From contig DXMC01000002.1 in NCBI GenBank assembly GCA_019414365.1, positions 1 through 32,000 of the forward strand: a DNA stretch of 32,000 nt, read 5' to 3'. This stretch comes from Collinsella sp. (GTDB lineage Bacteria > Actinomycetota > Coriobacteriia > Coriobacteriales > Coriobacteriaceae). Made by a program: the position numbers and the translations under genes. Below, piece after piece: positions 1-9,941 of this stretch. Each line of letters starts with the position of its first letter. Within the stretch, counting starts at the first letter, position 1. The notes below the pieces were generated by a model. That model saw only the letters and a program-made list of their open reading frames with translations, ran no database searches and was not told the DNA's origin.

Positions 1-134
1 ATTATGCGTCACCGCAGGTAACGTTGCCCCGACGAGCACGTCGGATTCCCGGCCCCGTGCACAGGAGGGGATTCCTTTTGTGTAGGCTTTGCGGAAATGT
101 GCCAATTTTGGGATACGCCCGGCGGCGTGGTCTG

Positions 135-163
135 TTGACGGCACAGCTAACGCCACGTATCCT
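135..163 (+). promoter_or_regulatory. candidate sigma-70-type promoter for rpsL-rpsG-fusA-rpsJ
   Basis: TTGACG (135-140), 17-nt spacer, TATCCT (158-163), about 95 nt upstream of the rpsL start. Hexamer match only. Confidence 0.3.
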
Positions 164-256
164 ATCGAACTGCGTGTTTCGTAGGGGGATGCTGACCCCT
201 CGATTCAAGCCGTTGCACTTTACAGAAAGCTGGAATCATTCGAGAAGGAGTACGCT

Positions 257-634
257 TTGCCTACTATTAACCAGCTGGTTCGCCAGGGCCGTCGTTCCGT
301 GCCCAAGAAGTCCAAGAACGCTGCTCTGCAGCACAACTCCCAGAAGCGCGGCGTGTGCACCCGCGTCTTCACCACGAGCCCCAAGAAGCCGAACTCGGCT
401 CTTCGTAAGGTTGCCCGTGTTCGCCTTGTCAACGGCATCGAAGTTACTGCTTACATCCCGGGTGAGGGCCACAACCTGCAGGAGCACTCCATCGTGCTCG
501 TCCGCGGCGGTCGTGTCCGTGACCTCCCTGGTGTCCGTTATCACGTCATCCGTGGCGCCTACGACGCTGCTCCGGTCCAGAACCGTCTGCAGGCCCGTTC
601 CAAGTACGGTGCTAAGCGCCCCAAGGCCAAATAA
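257..634 (+). CDS. rpsL: 30S ribosomal protein S12
   Basis: 125 aa. PTINQLVR...[15 protein letters not shown]...[13 protein letters not shown] is the canonical S12 sequence. TTG start 7 nt after GAAGGAG. Confidence 0.97.
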   Translation: MPTINQLVRQGRRSVPKKSKNAALQHNSQKRGVCTRVFTTSPKKPNSALRKVARVRLVNGIEVTAYIPGEGHNLQEHSIVLVRGGRVRDLPGVRYHVIRGAYDAAPVQNRLQARSKYGAKRPKAK

Positions 635-707
635 GCCAGATAACGTTTTGATACTTTCGCCGTGTGCCGCCTAAGCGCCGCACGGTAGACACTTAAGGAG
701 ATTTCAC

Positions 708-1181
708 ATGCCGCGTCGTGCAGCAGCTAATCGTCGTGAGGTTCAGCCTGACGCCGTTTACAACAACCGCCTGGTGACTCAGCTCATCAACAAGGTCCTT
801 CTTGACGGCAAGAAGGCCACCGCTGAGCGCATCGTTTACACCGCTTTCGAGATCGTTGCCGAGAAGTCCGAGGGTGGCGACGCTCTCGCTACCTTCAAGA
901 AGGCTATGGACAACGTCAAGCCCACGCTCGAGGTTAAGCCCAAGCGTGTCGGTGGCGCTACCTATCAGGTCCCGATGGAGGTCAACTCCCGTCGTTCCAC
1001 CGCTCTGGGTATCCGCTGGATCGTCAACTTCTCCCGCGCTCGCAAGGAGAAGACCATGGCCGAGCGTCTCGCCAACGAGATCCTCGACGCTTCCAACGGC
1101 CTGGGCGCTTCCGTCAAGAAGCGTGAGGACGTCTTCAAGATGGCCGAGGCCAACCGCGCGTTCTCTCACTATCGTTGGTAA
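708..1181 (+). CDS. rpsG: 30S ribosomal protein S7
   Basis: 157 aa. MPRR...[12 protein letters not shown]...[10 protein letters not shown] is typical S7. AAGGAG RBS upstream. Confidence 0.97.
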   Translation: MPRRAAANRREVQPDAVYNNRLVTQLINKVLLDGKKATAERIVYTAFEIVAEKSEGGDALATFKKAMDNVKPTLEVKPKRVGGATYQVPMEVNSRRSTALGIRWIVNFSRARKEKTMAERLANEILDASNGLGASVKKREDVFKMAEANRAFSHYRW

Positions 1182-1200
1182 GTTAAGGTAAGGAACTAAC

Positions 1201-3300
1201 ATGGCTAAGCCTAAGTACAAGCTTTCCGATACCCGTAACATCGGCATCATGGCTCACATCGATGCCGGTAAGACCACCACGACCGAGCGTATTCTTTACT
1301 ACACCGGTAAGACCCACAAGATCGGTGAGGTCCATGAGGGCGCTGCCACCATGGACTGGATGGTTCAGGAGCAGGAGCGCGGCGTAACCATTACCTCCGC
1401 TGCTACCACGTGCTTCTGGAACAAGGACGGTAAGGACTACCGCATCCAGATCATCGACACCCCGGGCCACGTTGACTTCACCGCCGAGGTCGAGCGCTGC
1501 CTGCGCGTCCTCGATGGCGCTGTCGCCGTCTTCGACGCCGTTGCCGGCGTTCAGCCCCAGTCTGAGACCGTTTGGCGTCAGGCTTCTACCTTCAACGTCC
1601 CCCGCATCGCCTTCATCAACAAGTATGACCGCGTGGGCGCTGACTTCTTCAACGCTATCGAGACCATGAAGGATCGTCTCGACGCCAACGCCGTGGCCGC
1701 TCAGGTCCCGATGGGCGCCGAGGACAACTTCTGGGGCGTCATCGACCTGGTCACCATGACTGCATGGGACTTCAAGGCCGACGAGAAGGGTATGACCTAC
1801 CCCGAGCCGATGGACGAGATCCCGGCTGAGTTTGCCGACATCGCTGCCACCAAGCGCGAGGAGCTCCTCGACGCTGCTGCCAGCTTTGACGACGAGCTCA
1901 TGGAGAAGATCCTCATGGAGGAGGACTTCACCGTCGAGGAGCTCAAGGCTGCTCTGCGCAAGGGCGTTCTGGCCAACGAGCTCAACCTCGTCTTCGTGGG
2001 TTCCGCCTACAAGAACAAGGGCGTTCAGGAGCTGCTCGACGCTGTCGTCGACTACCTGCCCAGCCCGCTTGACGTCGAGGCCGTCACCGGTACCGATCCG
2101 GACACCGGCGAGGAGATTCAGCGTCATCCTTCCTTCGACGAGCCCTTCTCCGGCCTGGTCTTCAAGATCATGACCGACCCGTTCGTCGGTAAGCTCACCT
2201 ACGTCCGCGTCTACTCCGGCCGCGCCGAGTCCGGCTCCTACGTTGTCAACGCTTCCAACGGTCAGCGCGAGCGCCTCGGCCGCATCCTCGAGATGAACGC
2301 CGCCGAGCGTATCGACCGTGACGACGCTGCCGCCGGCGACATCGTCGCTTGCGTCGGCTTCAAGAACTCCACCACCGGTGACACCCTGTGCGCCGAGGGC
2401 AAGGAGATCGTCCTCGAGAAGATCGAGTTCGCTAAGCCCGTTATTGACGTTGCCATCGAGCCCAAGACCAAGGCCGAGCAGGACAAGATGTCCCTGGCTC
2501 TGACCAAGCTCGCCGAGGAGGACCCGACCTTCCAGGTGTCCACCAACCACGAGACCGGCCAGACCATCATCGCCGGCATGGGCGAGCTGCACCTCGAGAT
2601 CATCGTCGACCGTCTGCTCCGCGAGTTCAAGGTTGACGCTAACGTCGGTAAGCCCCAGGTTGCCTACCGCGAGACCGCTGGTCACGACGTCGAGAAGGCT
2701 GAGGGCAAGTTCGTCCGTCAGTCCGGCGGTCGCGGTCAGTACGGCCACGCCGTCATCAAGCTCGAGAAGATGGAGGAGGGCTTCGGCTACGAGTTCGTCA
2801 ACGCTATCGTCGGCGGCGTCGTGCCCAAGGAGTACATCCCGTCCATCGACAAGGGCATCCAGGAGGCCCTGAACACCGGTGTTATCGCCGGCTTCCCGGT
2901 CCTCGACGTTAAGGTCACCCTGTTCGACGGTTCTTACCACGAGGTCGACTCCTCCGAGGCCGCCTTCAAGATCGCCGGTTCCATGGCTATCAAGGACGCC
3001 CTCAAGAAGTCCGATCCGCAGCTGCTCGAGCCGATCATGGCTGTCGAGGTCGAGACCCCCGAGCAGTACATGGGCGACGTTATGGGCAACCTCTCCGGTC
3101 GCCGCGGCAAGATCGAGGGCATGGAGGATCGCAAGAACAGCAAGCTCATCCGTGCCAAGGTGCCGCTGGGCGAGATGTTCGGTTACGCTACCGACCTTCG
3201 CTCCCAGACCCAGGGCCGTGCATCCTACACGATGCAGTTCGACTCTTATGAGCCCGCGCCCAAGTCCATCGTGGACGAGGTCATGAGCAAGAACGCCTAA
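1201..3300 (+). CDS. fusA: translation elongation factor G
   Basis: 699 aa. G1 motif [22 protein letters not shown], and full EF-G length and domain order. Confidence 0.97.
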   Translation: MAKPKYKLSDTRNIGIMAHIDAGKTTTTERILYYTGKTHKIGEVHEGAATMDWMVQEQERGVTITSAATTCFWNKDGKDYRIQIIDTPGHVDFTAEVERCLRVLDGAVAVFDAVAGVQPQSETVWRQASTFNVPRIAFINKYDRVGADFFNAIETMKDRLDANAVAAQVPMGAEDNFWGVIDLVTMTAWDFKADEKGMTYPEPMDEIPAEFADIAATKREELLDAAASFDDELMEKILMEEDFTVEELKAALRKGVLANELNLVFVGSAYKNKGVQELLDAVVDYLPSPLDVEAVTGTDPDTGEEIQRHPSFDEPFSGLVFKIMTDPFVGKLTYVRVYSGRAESGSYVVNASNGQRERLGRILEMNAAERIDRDDAAAGDIVACVGFKNSTTGDTLCAEGKEIVLEKIEFAKPVIDVAIEPKTKAEQDKMSLALTKLAEEDPTFQVSTNHETGQTIIAGMGELHLEIIVDRLLREFKVDANVGKPQVAYRETAGHDVEKAEGKFVRQSGGRGQYGHAVIKLEKMEEGFGYEFVNAIVGGVVPKEYIPSIDKGIQEALNTGVIAGFPVLDVKVTLFDGSYHEVDSSEAAFKIAGSMAIKDALKKSDPQLLEPIMAVEVETPEQYMGDVMGNLSGRRGKIEGMEDRKNSKLIRAKVPLGEMFGYATDLRSQTQGRASYTMQFDSYEPAPKSIVDEVMSKNA

Positions 3301-3361
3301 GTTCGAGCTCCCTGTTACGTAATCCTGCGAGAACATCTCTCGCACTCTTTGGAGGTTTAAG

Positions 3362-3670
3362 TTGGCTACCCAGAAGATCCGCATTCGCCTCAAGGGCTAT
3401 GATCACGAGGTCGTCGATCAGTCCGCGAAGCTCATCGTCGAGACCGCTCAGAAGACCGGCGCTCGCGTTTCCGGTCCTGTCCCCCTGCCCACCGAGCGCA
3501 ACCTGTACACGGTTATCCGCTCGCCGCACGTGAACAAGGACTCCCGTGAGCAGTTCGAGATGCGCACCCACAAGCGCCTCATCGACATCCTCGACCCCAC
3601 CTCGGGCACCGTTGATTCGCTTATGCGTCTCGACCTCCCCGCTGGCGTCGACATCGACATCAAGCTCTAA
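3362..3670 (+). CDS. rpsJ: 30S ribosomal protein S10
   Basis: 102 aa. [12 protein letters not shown]...SGPVPLPT...[26 protein letters not shown] start after GGAGG. Only 61 nt after the fusA stop. Confidence 0.96.
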   Translation: MATQKIRIRLKGYDHEVVDQSAKLIVETAQKTGARVSGPVPLPTERNLYTVIRSPHVNKDSREQFEMRTHKRLIDILDPTSGTVDSLMRLDLPAGVDIDIKL

Positions 3671-3692
3671 GCGATATCGCTCATAGCTTAAA

Positions 3693-3732
3693 GGGCCCCG
3701 CTGCCGTTACGGTAGCGGGGCCCTTTTGTTTT
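3693..3732 (+). terminator. rho-independent terminator after rpsJ
   Basis: 13-bp GC-rich stem GGGCCCCGCTGCC / GGTAGCGGGGCCC (one G-U wobble), 5-nt loop, then TTTTGTTTT. An A-rich tract on the 5' side means it may also serve convergent birA. Confidence 0.8.
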
Positions 3733-3786
3733 GCATGATGGGTTTGGATCGCCGGGTAAGGCTGCCGAGCGGCTGGCTGTGGCGAC

Positions 3787-4563
3787 CTACTCACTCAAGG
3801 GGCGCAATGACGCTTCCTCAAAATGGAAGGATCGCAAGCCGTCTTCTGTTTCGATGCACGCACGACCAAAGCCATCGACCGTTTTAAAGATGCCTCGCGC
3901 CAGCTCGTCACCGGCAGGGGAGCGGGCGATAACGTGCTTTCCAATCCAATTGAGGTGAGCGACATATTCGCCGTGGACGGGCGCGAGCGGTCCGGTGTTT
4001 TCTTCCATGGCGTTGAGGCGTTCTGCCCAGGCATCTATAGCGTCTATAACTGCGTGATAGACCTCATCGAGGAGCATGTCGACAGCTGGAACGTTCTCGT
4101 TAAGGTCCGAGAGACCGATTGCCGGCAGGCCGCCATCGGGCACCTCTTGGGGCGCATAGTTCACATTGACACCAATGCCACAGACGGCGAAAGGTTTGCC
4201 TTCGTTATCGCGTGCGGCCTCGACCAGAATGCCGCCGAGTTTGCGTCCACGCGCGACCAGGTCGTTGGGCCATTTGAGGCCAATCTCGTTTGCAAGACCC
4301 TGTTTTTCGAGCGCCTCGAGCACCGCTAGGCCGCTGACGGCAGCAAGACCAGAGTACTTCGCAGGATTAACGCATGGACGCAGGACAATCGAAAGCAATA
4401 GGTTGCCGGCGGTTGAATCCCACTTGTGGCCGCGCCGGCCGCGTCCTGCTGTCTGAGCCCGGGCGGCAAGTCCTGTGCCGTGCGGCGCTCCCTGTTTTCC
4501 TGCTTCGAGCAGGTCATCGTTGGTCGATCCGGTTACGTCGACTATCGTTAATTTGGCATCCAT
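3787..4563 (-). CDS. birA: biotin--[acetyl-CoA-carboxylase] ligase, group I (no N-terminal HTH)
   Basis: MDAKLTIVDVTGSTNDDL...AQTAGRGRRGHKW...LKWPNDL...GGILVE...GIGVNVN are BirA catalytic-core motifs. I chose the start at 4563 (ATG 9 nt after AAGGAGG) rather than the track's upstream ATG at 4650. Confidence 0.85.
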   Translation of the reverse strand: MDAKLTIVDVTGSTNDDLLEAGKQGAPHGTGLAARAQTAGRGRRGHKWDSTAGNLLLSIVLRPCVNPAKYSGLAAVSGLAVLEALEKQGLANEIGLKWPNDLVARGRKLGGILVEAARDNEGKPFAVCGIGVNVNYAPQEVPDGGLPAIGLSDLNENVPAVDMLLDEVYHAVIDAIDAWAERLNAMEENTGPLAPVHGEYVAHLNWIGKHVIARSPAGDELARGIFKTVDGFGRACIETEDGLRSFHFEEASLRPLSE

Positions 4564-4654
4564 AACGGCTGCTACCTCCTTAATGAATAAGTGAATAACG
4601 CAATGGTGTCGAGAGAGACACAATGTGAAGCCTTTGTCGCATTTGGACAATTTA

Positions 4655-4721
4655 ATGTTAACACGTTAACAACGACTGAAATGCGCTATCCTCTCATGGT
4701 CGATGTAAACACGTCAACAAC
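4655..4721 (+). promoter_or_regulatory. two copies of a 19-nt operator-like motif in the birA/fabH divergent region, overlapping a candidate fab promoter
   Basis: ATGTTAACACGTTAACAAC (4655-4673) and ATGTAAACACGTCAACAAC (4703-4721), 17/19 identical and 48 bp apart. Copy 1 contains the dyad TGTTA-N6-TAACA. Possible -35 TTAACA (4666-4671) and -10 TATCCT (4687-4692) with a short 15-nt spacer. Confidence 0.35.
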
Positions 4722-4737
4722 TCAAAGGAGGTTAGTG

Positions 4738-5697
4738 ATGGGTTTCACGATTCTTGGAACAGGCTCGGCGCTTCCTAAGCGCAGTGTTTCCAATGACGAG
4801 CTGTCCGAGTTCCTCGATACCTCGGATGAGTGGATTTTTACCCGCACAGGTATCAAGAGCCGCCACGTCTGCACCACCGAGTCACTTGACGACCTTGCCG
4901 TAGCGGCGAGCGAGCGGGCACTTCAGGTGTCCGGAATCGACGCGAGCCAGTTGGATCTGATCGTCTGCTCGACGACGACGGGTGACCACCTTGTTCCCGC
5001 CGAGGCGTGTGCCGTTGCTGAGCGACTGGGCGCGACGTGCCCTGCCTTCGATGTCTCGGCTGCCTGCGCCGGCTTCGTATTTGCGCTCGATGTTGCCGAG
5101 GGCTATATCGCCCGAGGACGAGCCAAGCATGTGCTTGTCGTTGCCGCCGAGCAGATGACGCGCGCGCTCGACTGGACCGACCGCGCCACCTGTGTGCTCT
5201 TTGGCGATGGGGCAGGCGCCGCAGTGATTGAGGCTGGGGGAGACAGCCCCCTTGCCGTTGAGCTTTCGACGGCGCCCGACGTCGAGACGTTGTGCGTTCC
5301 CGGTCTGGTCGGCACCTCGCCGTTTAAGGCCTCCGCAGATAGCGAGAGCGTGCTGTCCATGAATGGCCGCCGCGTGTTCAAGTTCGGCGTCAACGCGATT
5401 TGCGACACGGTCCATAAGCTTGCGAGCGATGCGGGCATTTCGGTCGAGGACATCAACCATTTTGTATTCCATCAGGCTAACGAACGAATCCTGAGTCAGG
5501 CGGTCAAGCGCCTCGGTGTGCCAGACAAGCGCGTGGTTCGAACGCTGCGCGAGACCGGCAACATTTCGAGCGCATGCATTCCGCTTGCCCTCGACCGGCT
5601 GGCAAACGCCGGTGCACTTCACACGGGCGACACCATCACCCTCGTTGGATTTGGCGCCGGTCTGGATATAGGTGGCTATCTACTTCGTTGGAAGTAG
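4738..5697 (+). CDS. fabH: 3-oxoacyl-ACP synthase III
   Basis: 319 aa from the ATG at 4738 (AAAGGAGG RBS). NDELS...SDEWIxxRTGI, active-site context ACAGF, FHQAN and GFGAG motifs. The track's 49-codon N-terminal extension from 4591 was rejected. Confidence 0.92.
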   Translation: MGFTILGTGSALPKRSVSNDELSEFLDTSDEWIFTRTGIKSRHVCTTESLDDLAVAASERALQVSGIDASQLDLIVCSTTTGDHLVPAEACAVAERLGATCPAFDVSAACAGFVFALDVAEGYIARGRAKHVLVVAAEQMTRALDWTDRATCVLFGDGAGAAVIEAGGDSPLAVELSTAPDVETLCVPGLVGTSPFKASADSESVLSMNGRRVFKFGVNAICDTVHKLASDAGISVEDINHFVFHQANERILSQAVKRLGVPDKRVVRTLRETGNISSACIPLALDRLANAGALHTGDTITLVGFGAGLDIGGYLLRWK

Positions 5698-5749
5698 TCG
5701 CACATAGGAAATAAAAACGCCCCTAGGGCACAAACAAAGGAGAACTACC

Positions 5750-5986
5750 ATGGCAGATCAGAAGACCTTCGAGCGCGTTTGCGATGTTATCCGCGAGACC
5801 GCCGGTCTTGACGACGTCGAGATGAAGCCCGAGTCCACGCTCGAGGAGATTGGTCTCGACAGCCTGGGCACCGTCGAGATCCTCGTCGCCGTCGAGGACG
5901 AGTTTGGCATCCAGCTCGATACCGAGGAGAACCCCAAGACGGTCGGCGAGTTCGCCGATACGGTCGAGGCGGCATTGGAGAAGTAG
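5750..5986 (+). CDS. acpP: acyl carrier protein
   Basis: 78 aa. GLDSLGTVEI contains the phosphopantetheine-attachment DSL motif. Acidic small protein in the expected fab-cluster position. Confidence 0.93.
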   Translation: MADQKTFERVCDVIRETAGLDDVEMKPESTLEEIGLDSLGTVEILVAVEDEFGIQLDTEENPKTVGEFADTVEAALEK

Positions 5987-5988
5987 AG

Positions 5989-6933
5989 ATGCTCAAGACT
6001 CCTCTCTGCGATCTGCTCGGCATCGAAAAGCCCGTGTTCCAGGGCGGTATGGCCTGGATCGCCGACGCCTCGCTGGCGTCCGCAGTGTCCGAGGCGGGCG
6101 GCTTAGGGATTATCGCGGCCATGAACGCCGACGCCAACTGGCTGCGCGACCAGATTCACGAGCTGCGCGCCAGGACGGATAAGCCCTTTGGCGTCAACGT
6201 CATGCTCATGAGCCCGTTTGCCGACGAGGTCGCGCGGGTCGTGATTGACGAGCGGGTGCCGGTCGTCGTGACGGGTGCCGGCAATCCCACCAAGTACATG
6301 AAGGCGTGGAACGAGGCGGGCATCAAGGTCATCCCGGTCGTTGCCTCGGTGGCGCTGGCGCGCCTCGTGGCGCGTCGTGGAGCCACTGCCGTGGTTGCCG
6401 AGGGTACCGAATCAGGCGGCCATATTGGCGAGACCTCGACGATGGCACTGGTGCCGCAGGTTGTCGATGCGGTCGATATTCCCGTGGTTGCGGCTGGCGG
6501 TATCGCTGATGGCCGCGGCGTGGCGGCCGCCTTTATGCTGGGCGCCGCCGGCGTGCAGGTGGGTACGCGCTTTCTGATCGCAGATGAGTGCACCGTATCG
6601 GAGCAGTACAAGGAGATGGTCCTGAAGGCCAACGACACCTCGACGCGTGCGACCGGCCGCTCGACGGGACACCCGGTGCGTGCCCTCAAGAGCCCCTTCA
6701 CCAACGCCTACGCCAAGAGCGAGGCGGCGGGCGTAAGCGTCGAGGAGCTCGGGGCCATGGGCACGGGCGCCCTTCGCAAGGCCGCCAAGGACGGCAATTA
6801 CGAAGAGGGCTCGTTTTTGTGTGGACAGATTGCCGGCATGGTCAACGAGCGCCAAAGCGCACGTGAAATCGTCGACGACCTGGTCGATGGCGCCGAGCAC
6901 GTCCTGAAGGGTGCGTGCGCATGGGTGGCGTAG
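5989..6933 (+). CDS. fabK: enoyl-ACP reductase II (FMN-dependent, nitronate monooxygenase fold)
   Basis: 314 aa. PVFQGGMAWI...GGLGIIAA...AEGTESGGHIG...AAGGIADGRG. Position between acpP and fabD matches streptococcal/clostridial clusters. Confidence 0.88.
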   Translation: MLKTPLCDLLGIEKPVFQGGMAWIADASLASAVSEAGGLGIIAAMNADANWLRDQIHELRARTDKPFGVNVMLMSPFADEVARVVIDERVPVVVTGAGNPTKYMKAWNEAGIKVIPVVASVALARLVARRGATAVVAEGTESGGHIGETSTMALVPQVVDAVDIPVVAAGGIADGRGVAAAFMLGAAGVQVGTRFLIADECTVSEQYKEMVLKANDTSTRATGRSTGHPVRALKSPFTNAYAKSEAAGVSVEELGAMGTGALRKAAKDGNYEEGSFLCGQIAGMVNERQSAREIVDDLVDGAEHVLKGACAWVA

Positions 6934-7847
6934 CGTTTCTGTTTGCCGGCCAGGGCGCCCAGCACCCCGCGATGGGCGTCGACCTGATCGAGGCATCGCC
7001 GGCGGCCGCCGAGGTGTTCGCCATTGCCGACGAGGTGCGCCCGGGGACCAGTGAGCAGTGCCGAAGCGCCTCCAAGGAGGAGCTCTCGCAGACCGAGAAC
7101 ACGCAGCCGTGCGTGTTCGTTCACGATCTGGCAGCGGCTGCCGCCCTGCGTGAGCGCGGCGTGGTACCTGCCGCCTGTGCGGGTTTTTCGCTTGGCGAGG
7201 TCGCCGCGCTCACCTTTGCGGGGGCGTTCGATACGCGAGCGGGCTTTGAGCTCGTGTGCGAGCGCGCGGCGCTGATGGCCGCGGCTGCCGAGCGCCATCC
7301 GGGCGGCATGCGCGCCGTCATCAAGCTCGATGCGGCGCAAGTCGAGAACCTGGCAAAACAGGCCGGCGAGGACTGCTGGCCGGTCAACTACAACAGTCCG
7401 CAGCAGACGGTTGTTGCCGGACCGCCCGAGGCGCTGCAGGAGCTCGACGCCCTGGTAAAAGAGGCTGGCGGCCGCGCTATGAAAGTCGCGGTGTCGGGCG
7501 CATTTCATAGCCCCTATATGGCCGAGGCGACTGAGGGGCTGGCGACGTATATCCAAGCCGGCCACGCGCCGTCTCCGCTGCTGATTCCGGTCATGGCAAA
7601 CATGACGGCGGCGCCCTATCCGGCGGACCCGCGAGCGGCATCGGATGTCTTGGCCAACCAGGTGAGTCATGCCGTTCGCTGGGCCGACACGCTGCATACT
7701 CTGCAGGATCAGGGCATCGACACGTTTATTGAGGTCGGTCCTGGCAAAACGCTGTCGGGCCTGGCCAAGCGTACGCTGAGCGACGTTCGCGTGTATTCGT
7801 GCGAGACGGCCGAGCAGGTCGCAGCTATTGCCGACGAGCTCGCATAG
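6915..7847 (+). CDS. fabD: malonyl-CoA:ACP transacylase
   Basis: FLFAGQGAQ, GFSLGE (active-site Ser) and GAFHS motifs. The start is GTG 6915 or ATG 6921; both overlap the fabK stop. Confidence 0.92.
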   Translation: MRMGGVAFLFAGQGAQHPAMGVDLIEASPAAAEVFAIADEVRPGTSEQCRSASKEELSQTENTQPCVFVHDLAAAAALRERGVVPAACAGFSLGEVAALTFAGAFDTRAGFELVCERAALMAAAAERHPGGMRAVIKLDAAQVENLAKQAGEDCWPVNYNSPQQTVVAGPPEALQELDALVKEAGGRAMKVAVSGAFHSPYMAEATEGLATYIQAGHAPSPLLIPVMANMTAAPYPADPRAASDVLANQVSHAVRWADTLHTLQDQGIDTFIEVGPGKTLSGLAKRTLSDVRVYSCETAEQVAAIADELA

Positions 7848-7877
7848 TCCACAGGGCTGTAACCCGAAAGGAATGAC

Positions 7878-8651
7878 ATGGGCAACTTGAACAATGGCGC
7901 GCTCGAGCGCAACGACTCACGTCGCGTGGCACTGGTCACGGGCGGCTCGCGGGGTATCGGCCGCGCCTGCGCTATCGGTCTGGCGGAGGATGGCTACGAT
8001 ATCGCCGTCGTCTATGCCGGCAGCGTCGATGCGGCGCGCGAGACGTGCGAAGCCTGCGAGGCGTCTGGCGCCACGGTGCGCGCATATCAATGCGACGTGG
8101 CCGATCCCGCTGCCGTCAACGCGTGCGTGGAAGCGGTCCTCAACGACTTTGGCTCCATTTGGGCGCTCGTCAACAACGCCGGCATCACGCGCGATGGCTT
8201 GCTCATGCGCATGAGCGATGACGCCTTCGATCGCGTGCTCGATGTCAATCTCAAGGGAACATTCAATATGACGCGCGCGATCACCAAGACCTTTATGCGC
8301 CAGCGCGGCGGTTGCGTCGTCAACATGAGCTCGGTTGTGGGCCTGATGGGCAACGCCGGACAGGCTAATTACGCTGCCTCCAAGGCGGGCGTGATTGGCC
8401 TGACCAAGGCGGTAGCGCGCGAGCTTGCGCCCCGCGGCGTACGAGTGAACGCGGTCGCCCCGGGGTTTGTCGAGACGGATATGACGTCAAAGCTCTCGGA
8501 GAAGGTTCGCGCGGCAACCGAGGAGCAGATTCCCCTAAAGCGCATGGCGCGCCCCGAGGAAGTGGCTGGCGTGGTGCGCTTTTTGGCGAGCGATGCGGCT
8601 GCCTACATTACGGGCGAGGTTGTACGCGTCGACGGCGGAATGGCGATGTAG
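7878..8651 (+). CDS. fabG: 3-oxoacyl-ACP reductase (SDR)
   Basis: 257 aa. VTGGSRGIGRA, NNAGIT and YAASKAG (YxxxK) motifs; C-terminal ITGEVVRVDGGMAM. Confidence 0.92.
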   Translation: MGNLNNGALERNDSRRVALVTGGSRGIGRACAIGLAEDGYDIAVVYAGSVDAARETCEACEASGATVRAYQCDVADPAAVNACVEAVLNDFGSIWALVNNAGITRDGLLMRMSDDAFDRVLDVNLKGTFNMTRAITKTFMRQRGGCVVNMSSVVGLMGNAGQANYAASKAGVIGLTKAVARELAPRGVRVNAVAPGFVETDMTSKLSEKVRAATEEQIPLKRMARPEEVAGVVRFLASDAAAYITGEVVRVDGGMAM

Positions 8652-8687
8652 AAACCAGGGCCGAAGAACGGCTGAGATGAGGAGACC

Positions 8688-9938
8688 ATGATGGAACAGA
8701 GAGTTGCAATCACCGGCATAGGTGCCGTATCGCCGCTCGGCAACACCGCGCTTGCCACCTGGGCGGCAATGTGTGCCGGCACGTGCGGCATCGGCTCGAT
8801 CACGCACTTCGATACCGATGCGTTTGCCGTCAAGGTGGCGGCCGAGGTCAAGGGCTTTGACGGCAACGAGTACTTTGGTAAGCACGATGCCAAGCACCTC
8901 GACCCCTGCGTTCAGTTTGCACTGGCGGCGTCGGACGAGGCCATGCACGATGCGGGCCTTGATGTCGAAGATGCCATCGATCGCGAGCGCCTGGGCGTCT
9001 ACGTGGGTTCAGGCGTGGGCGGCATGCAGACACTCGTCGACAACGTCCACACGATTGCCGATCGAGGGCCTCGCCGTGCATCACCCTATATGATTGCGAT
9101 GATGATCCCCAACATGGCTTCGGGCAACATCGCGATTCGCCACAAGGCAAAGGGCCCGACCCTACCCGTGGTGACCGCTTGCGCGACTTCTGCCCATGCG
9201 GTGGGTGAGGCGTTCCGCGCCATCAAGCACGGCTATGCCGACGCGATCCTCGCGGGCGGCGCCGAAGCCGCAATTATCCCCGATGCCGTTGCGGGCTTTA
9301 CGTCCTGCCGCGCATTGACCACCAACCCCGATCCCGCGACGGCCTGCCGTCCGTTCGATGCAGACCGCGACGGCTTTGTGATGGGCGAGGGCGCCTGCGT
9401 GCTCGTGCTCGAGAGCATGGAACATGCGCAGGCGCGCGGTGCGCACATTTACGCCGAGGTCGTGGGCTACGGCAACACCGATGATGCCTATCACATCACG
9501 AGCCCCGATCCCGAGGCTGCCGGCATTGCCCGTGCGATATCGCTGGCGGTGGCCGAGGGCGACGTTAAGCCTTCCGAGGGCCTCTACATCAACGCTCACG
9601 GCACCTCGACCAAGCTCAACGATTCGTCCGAGACGGCGGGCATTAAGCGTGCGCTCGGCGAGGACGCGGCACGCGCCGCGCACGTCTCGTCGACCAAGTC
9701 GATGACCGGTCACATGATCGGCGCCACGGGTGCCATTGAGGTCATGGCCTGCGCCATGGCGCTCGAGCAGGGCGTGGTACCCCCGACCATTAACTACCAC
9801 ACGCCCGATCCCGCCTGCGATCTTGACTACACGCCCAATCGCGCGGTTCGCGCCGACCTTACCTGGGCGCTTTCGACCAACCTAGGCTTTGGCGGGCACA
9901 ACGCCGCCATCGCGCTGCGTAGATATACGAGGAGCTAG
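8688..9938 (+). CDS. fabF: 3-oxoacyl-ACP synthase II
   Basis: 416 aa. RVAITGIGAVSPLGN, active-site ACATS, INAHGTST, KSMTGH, GFGGHNA. Confidence 0.93.
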   Translation: MMEQRVAITGIGAVSPLGNTALATWAAMCAGTCGIGSITHFDTDAFAVKVAAEVKGFDGNEYFGKHDAKHLDPCVQFALAASDEAMHDAGLDVEDAIDRERLGVYVGSGVGGMQTLVDNVHTIADRGPRRASPYMIAMMIPNMASGNIAIRHKAKGPTLPVVTACATSAHAVGEAFRAIKHGYADAILAGGAEAAIIPDAVAGFTSCRALTTNPDPATACRPFDADRDGFVMGEGACVLVLESMEHAQARGAHIYAEVVGYGNTDDAYHITSPDPEAAGIARAISLAVAEGDVKPSEGLYINAHGTSTKLNDSSETAGIKRALGEDAARAAHVSSTKSMTGHMIGATGAIEVMACAMALEQGVVPPTINYHTPDPACDLDYTPNRAVRADLTWALSTNLGFGGHNAAIALRRYTRS

Positions 9939-9941
9939 AGC

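Noticed and set aside
24-674. 216-aa + strand ORF spanning the rpsL region.
   Set aside because: It overlaps rpsL out of frame and is Arg/Pro/Ser-rich nonsense. The region 1-256 is better explained as promoter and leader of rpsL.
1183-3393. 736-aa ORF on the minus strand.
   Set aside because: It is exactly antisense to fusA. The composition is low-complexity and Leu/Gly/Asp/Val-rich, typical of the shadow frame of a GC-rich gene. It has no family motifs.
4591-4737. Upstream extensions of track ORFs for fabH (4591), accC (10639), EIIC (13653), rplB (19214), PTS IIB (27918) and birA (4650).
   Set aside because: In each case an internal ATG preceded by a good Shine-Dalgarno gives a protein whose N-terminus matches the family. 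The extension either overlaps the previous gene or lies in regulatory DNA.
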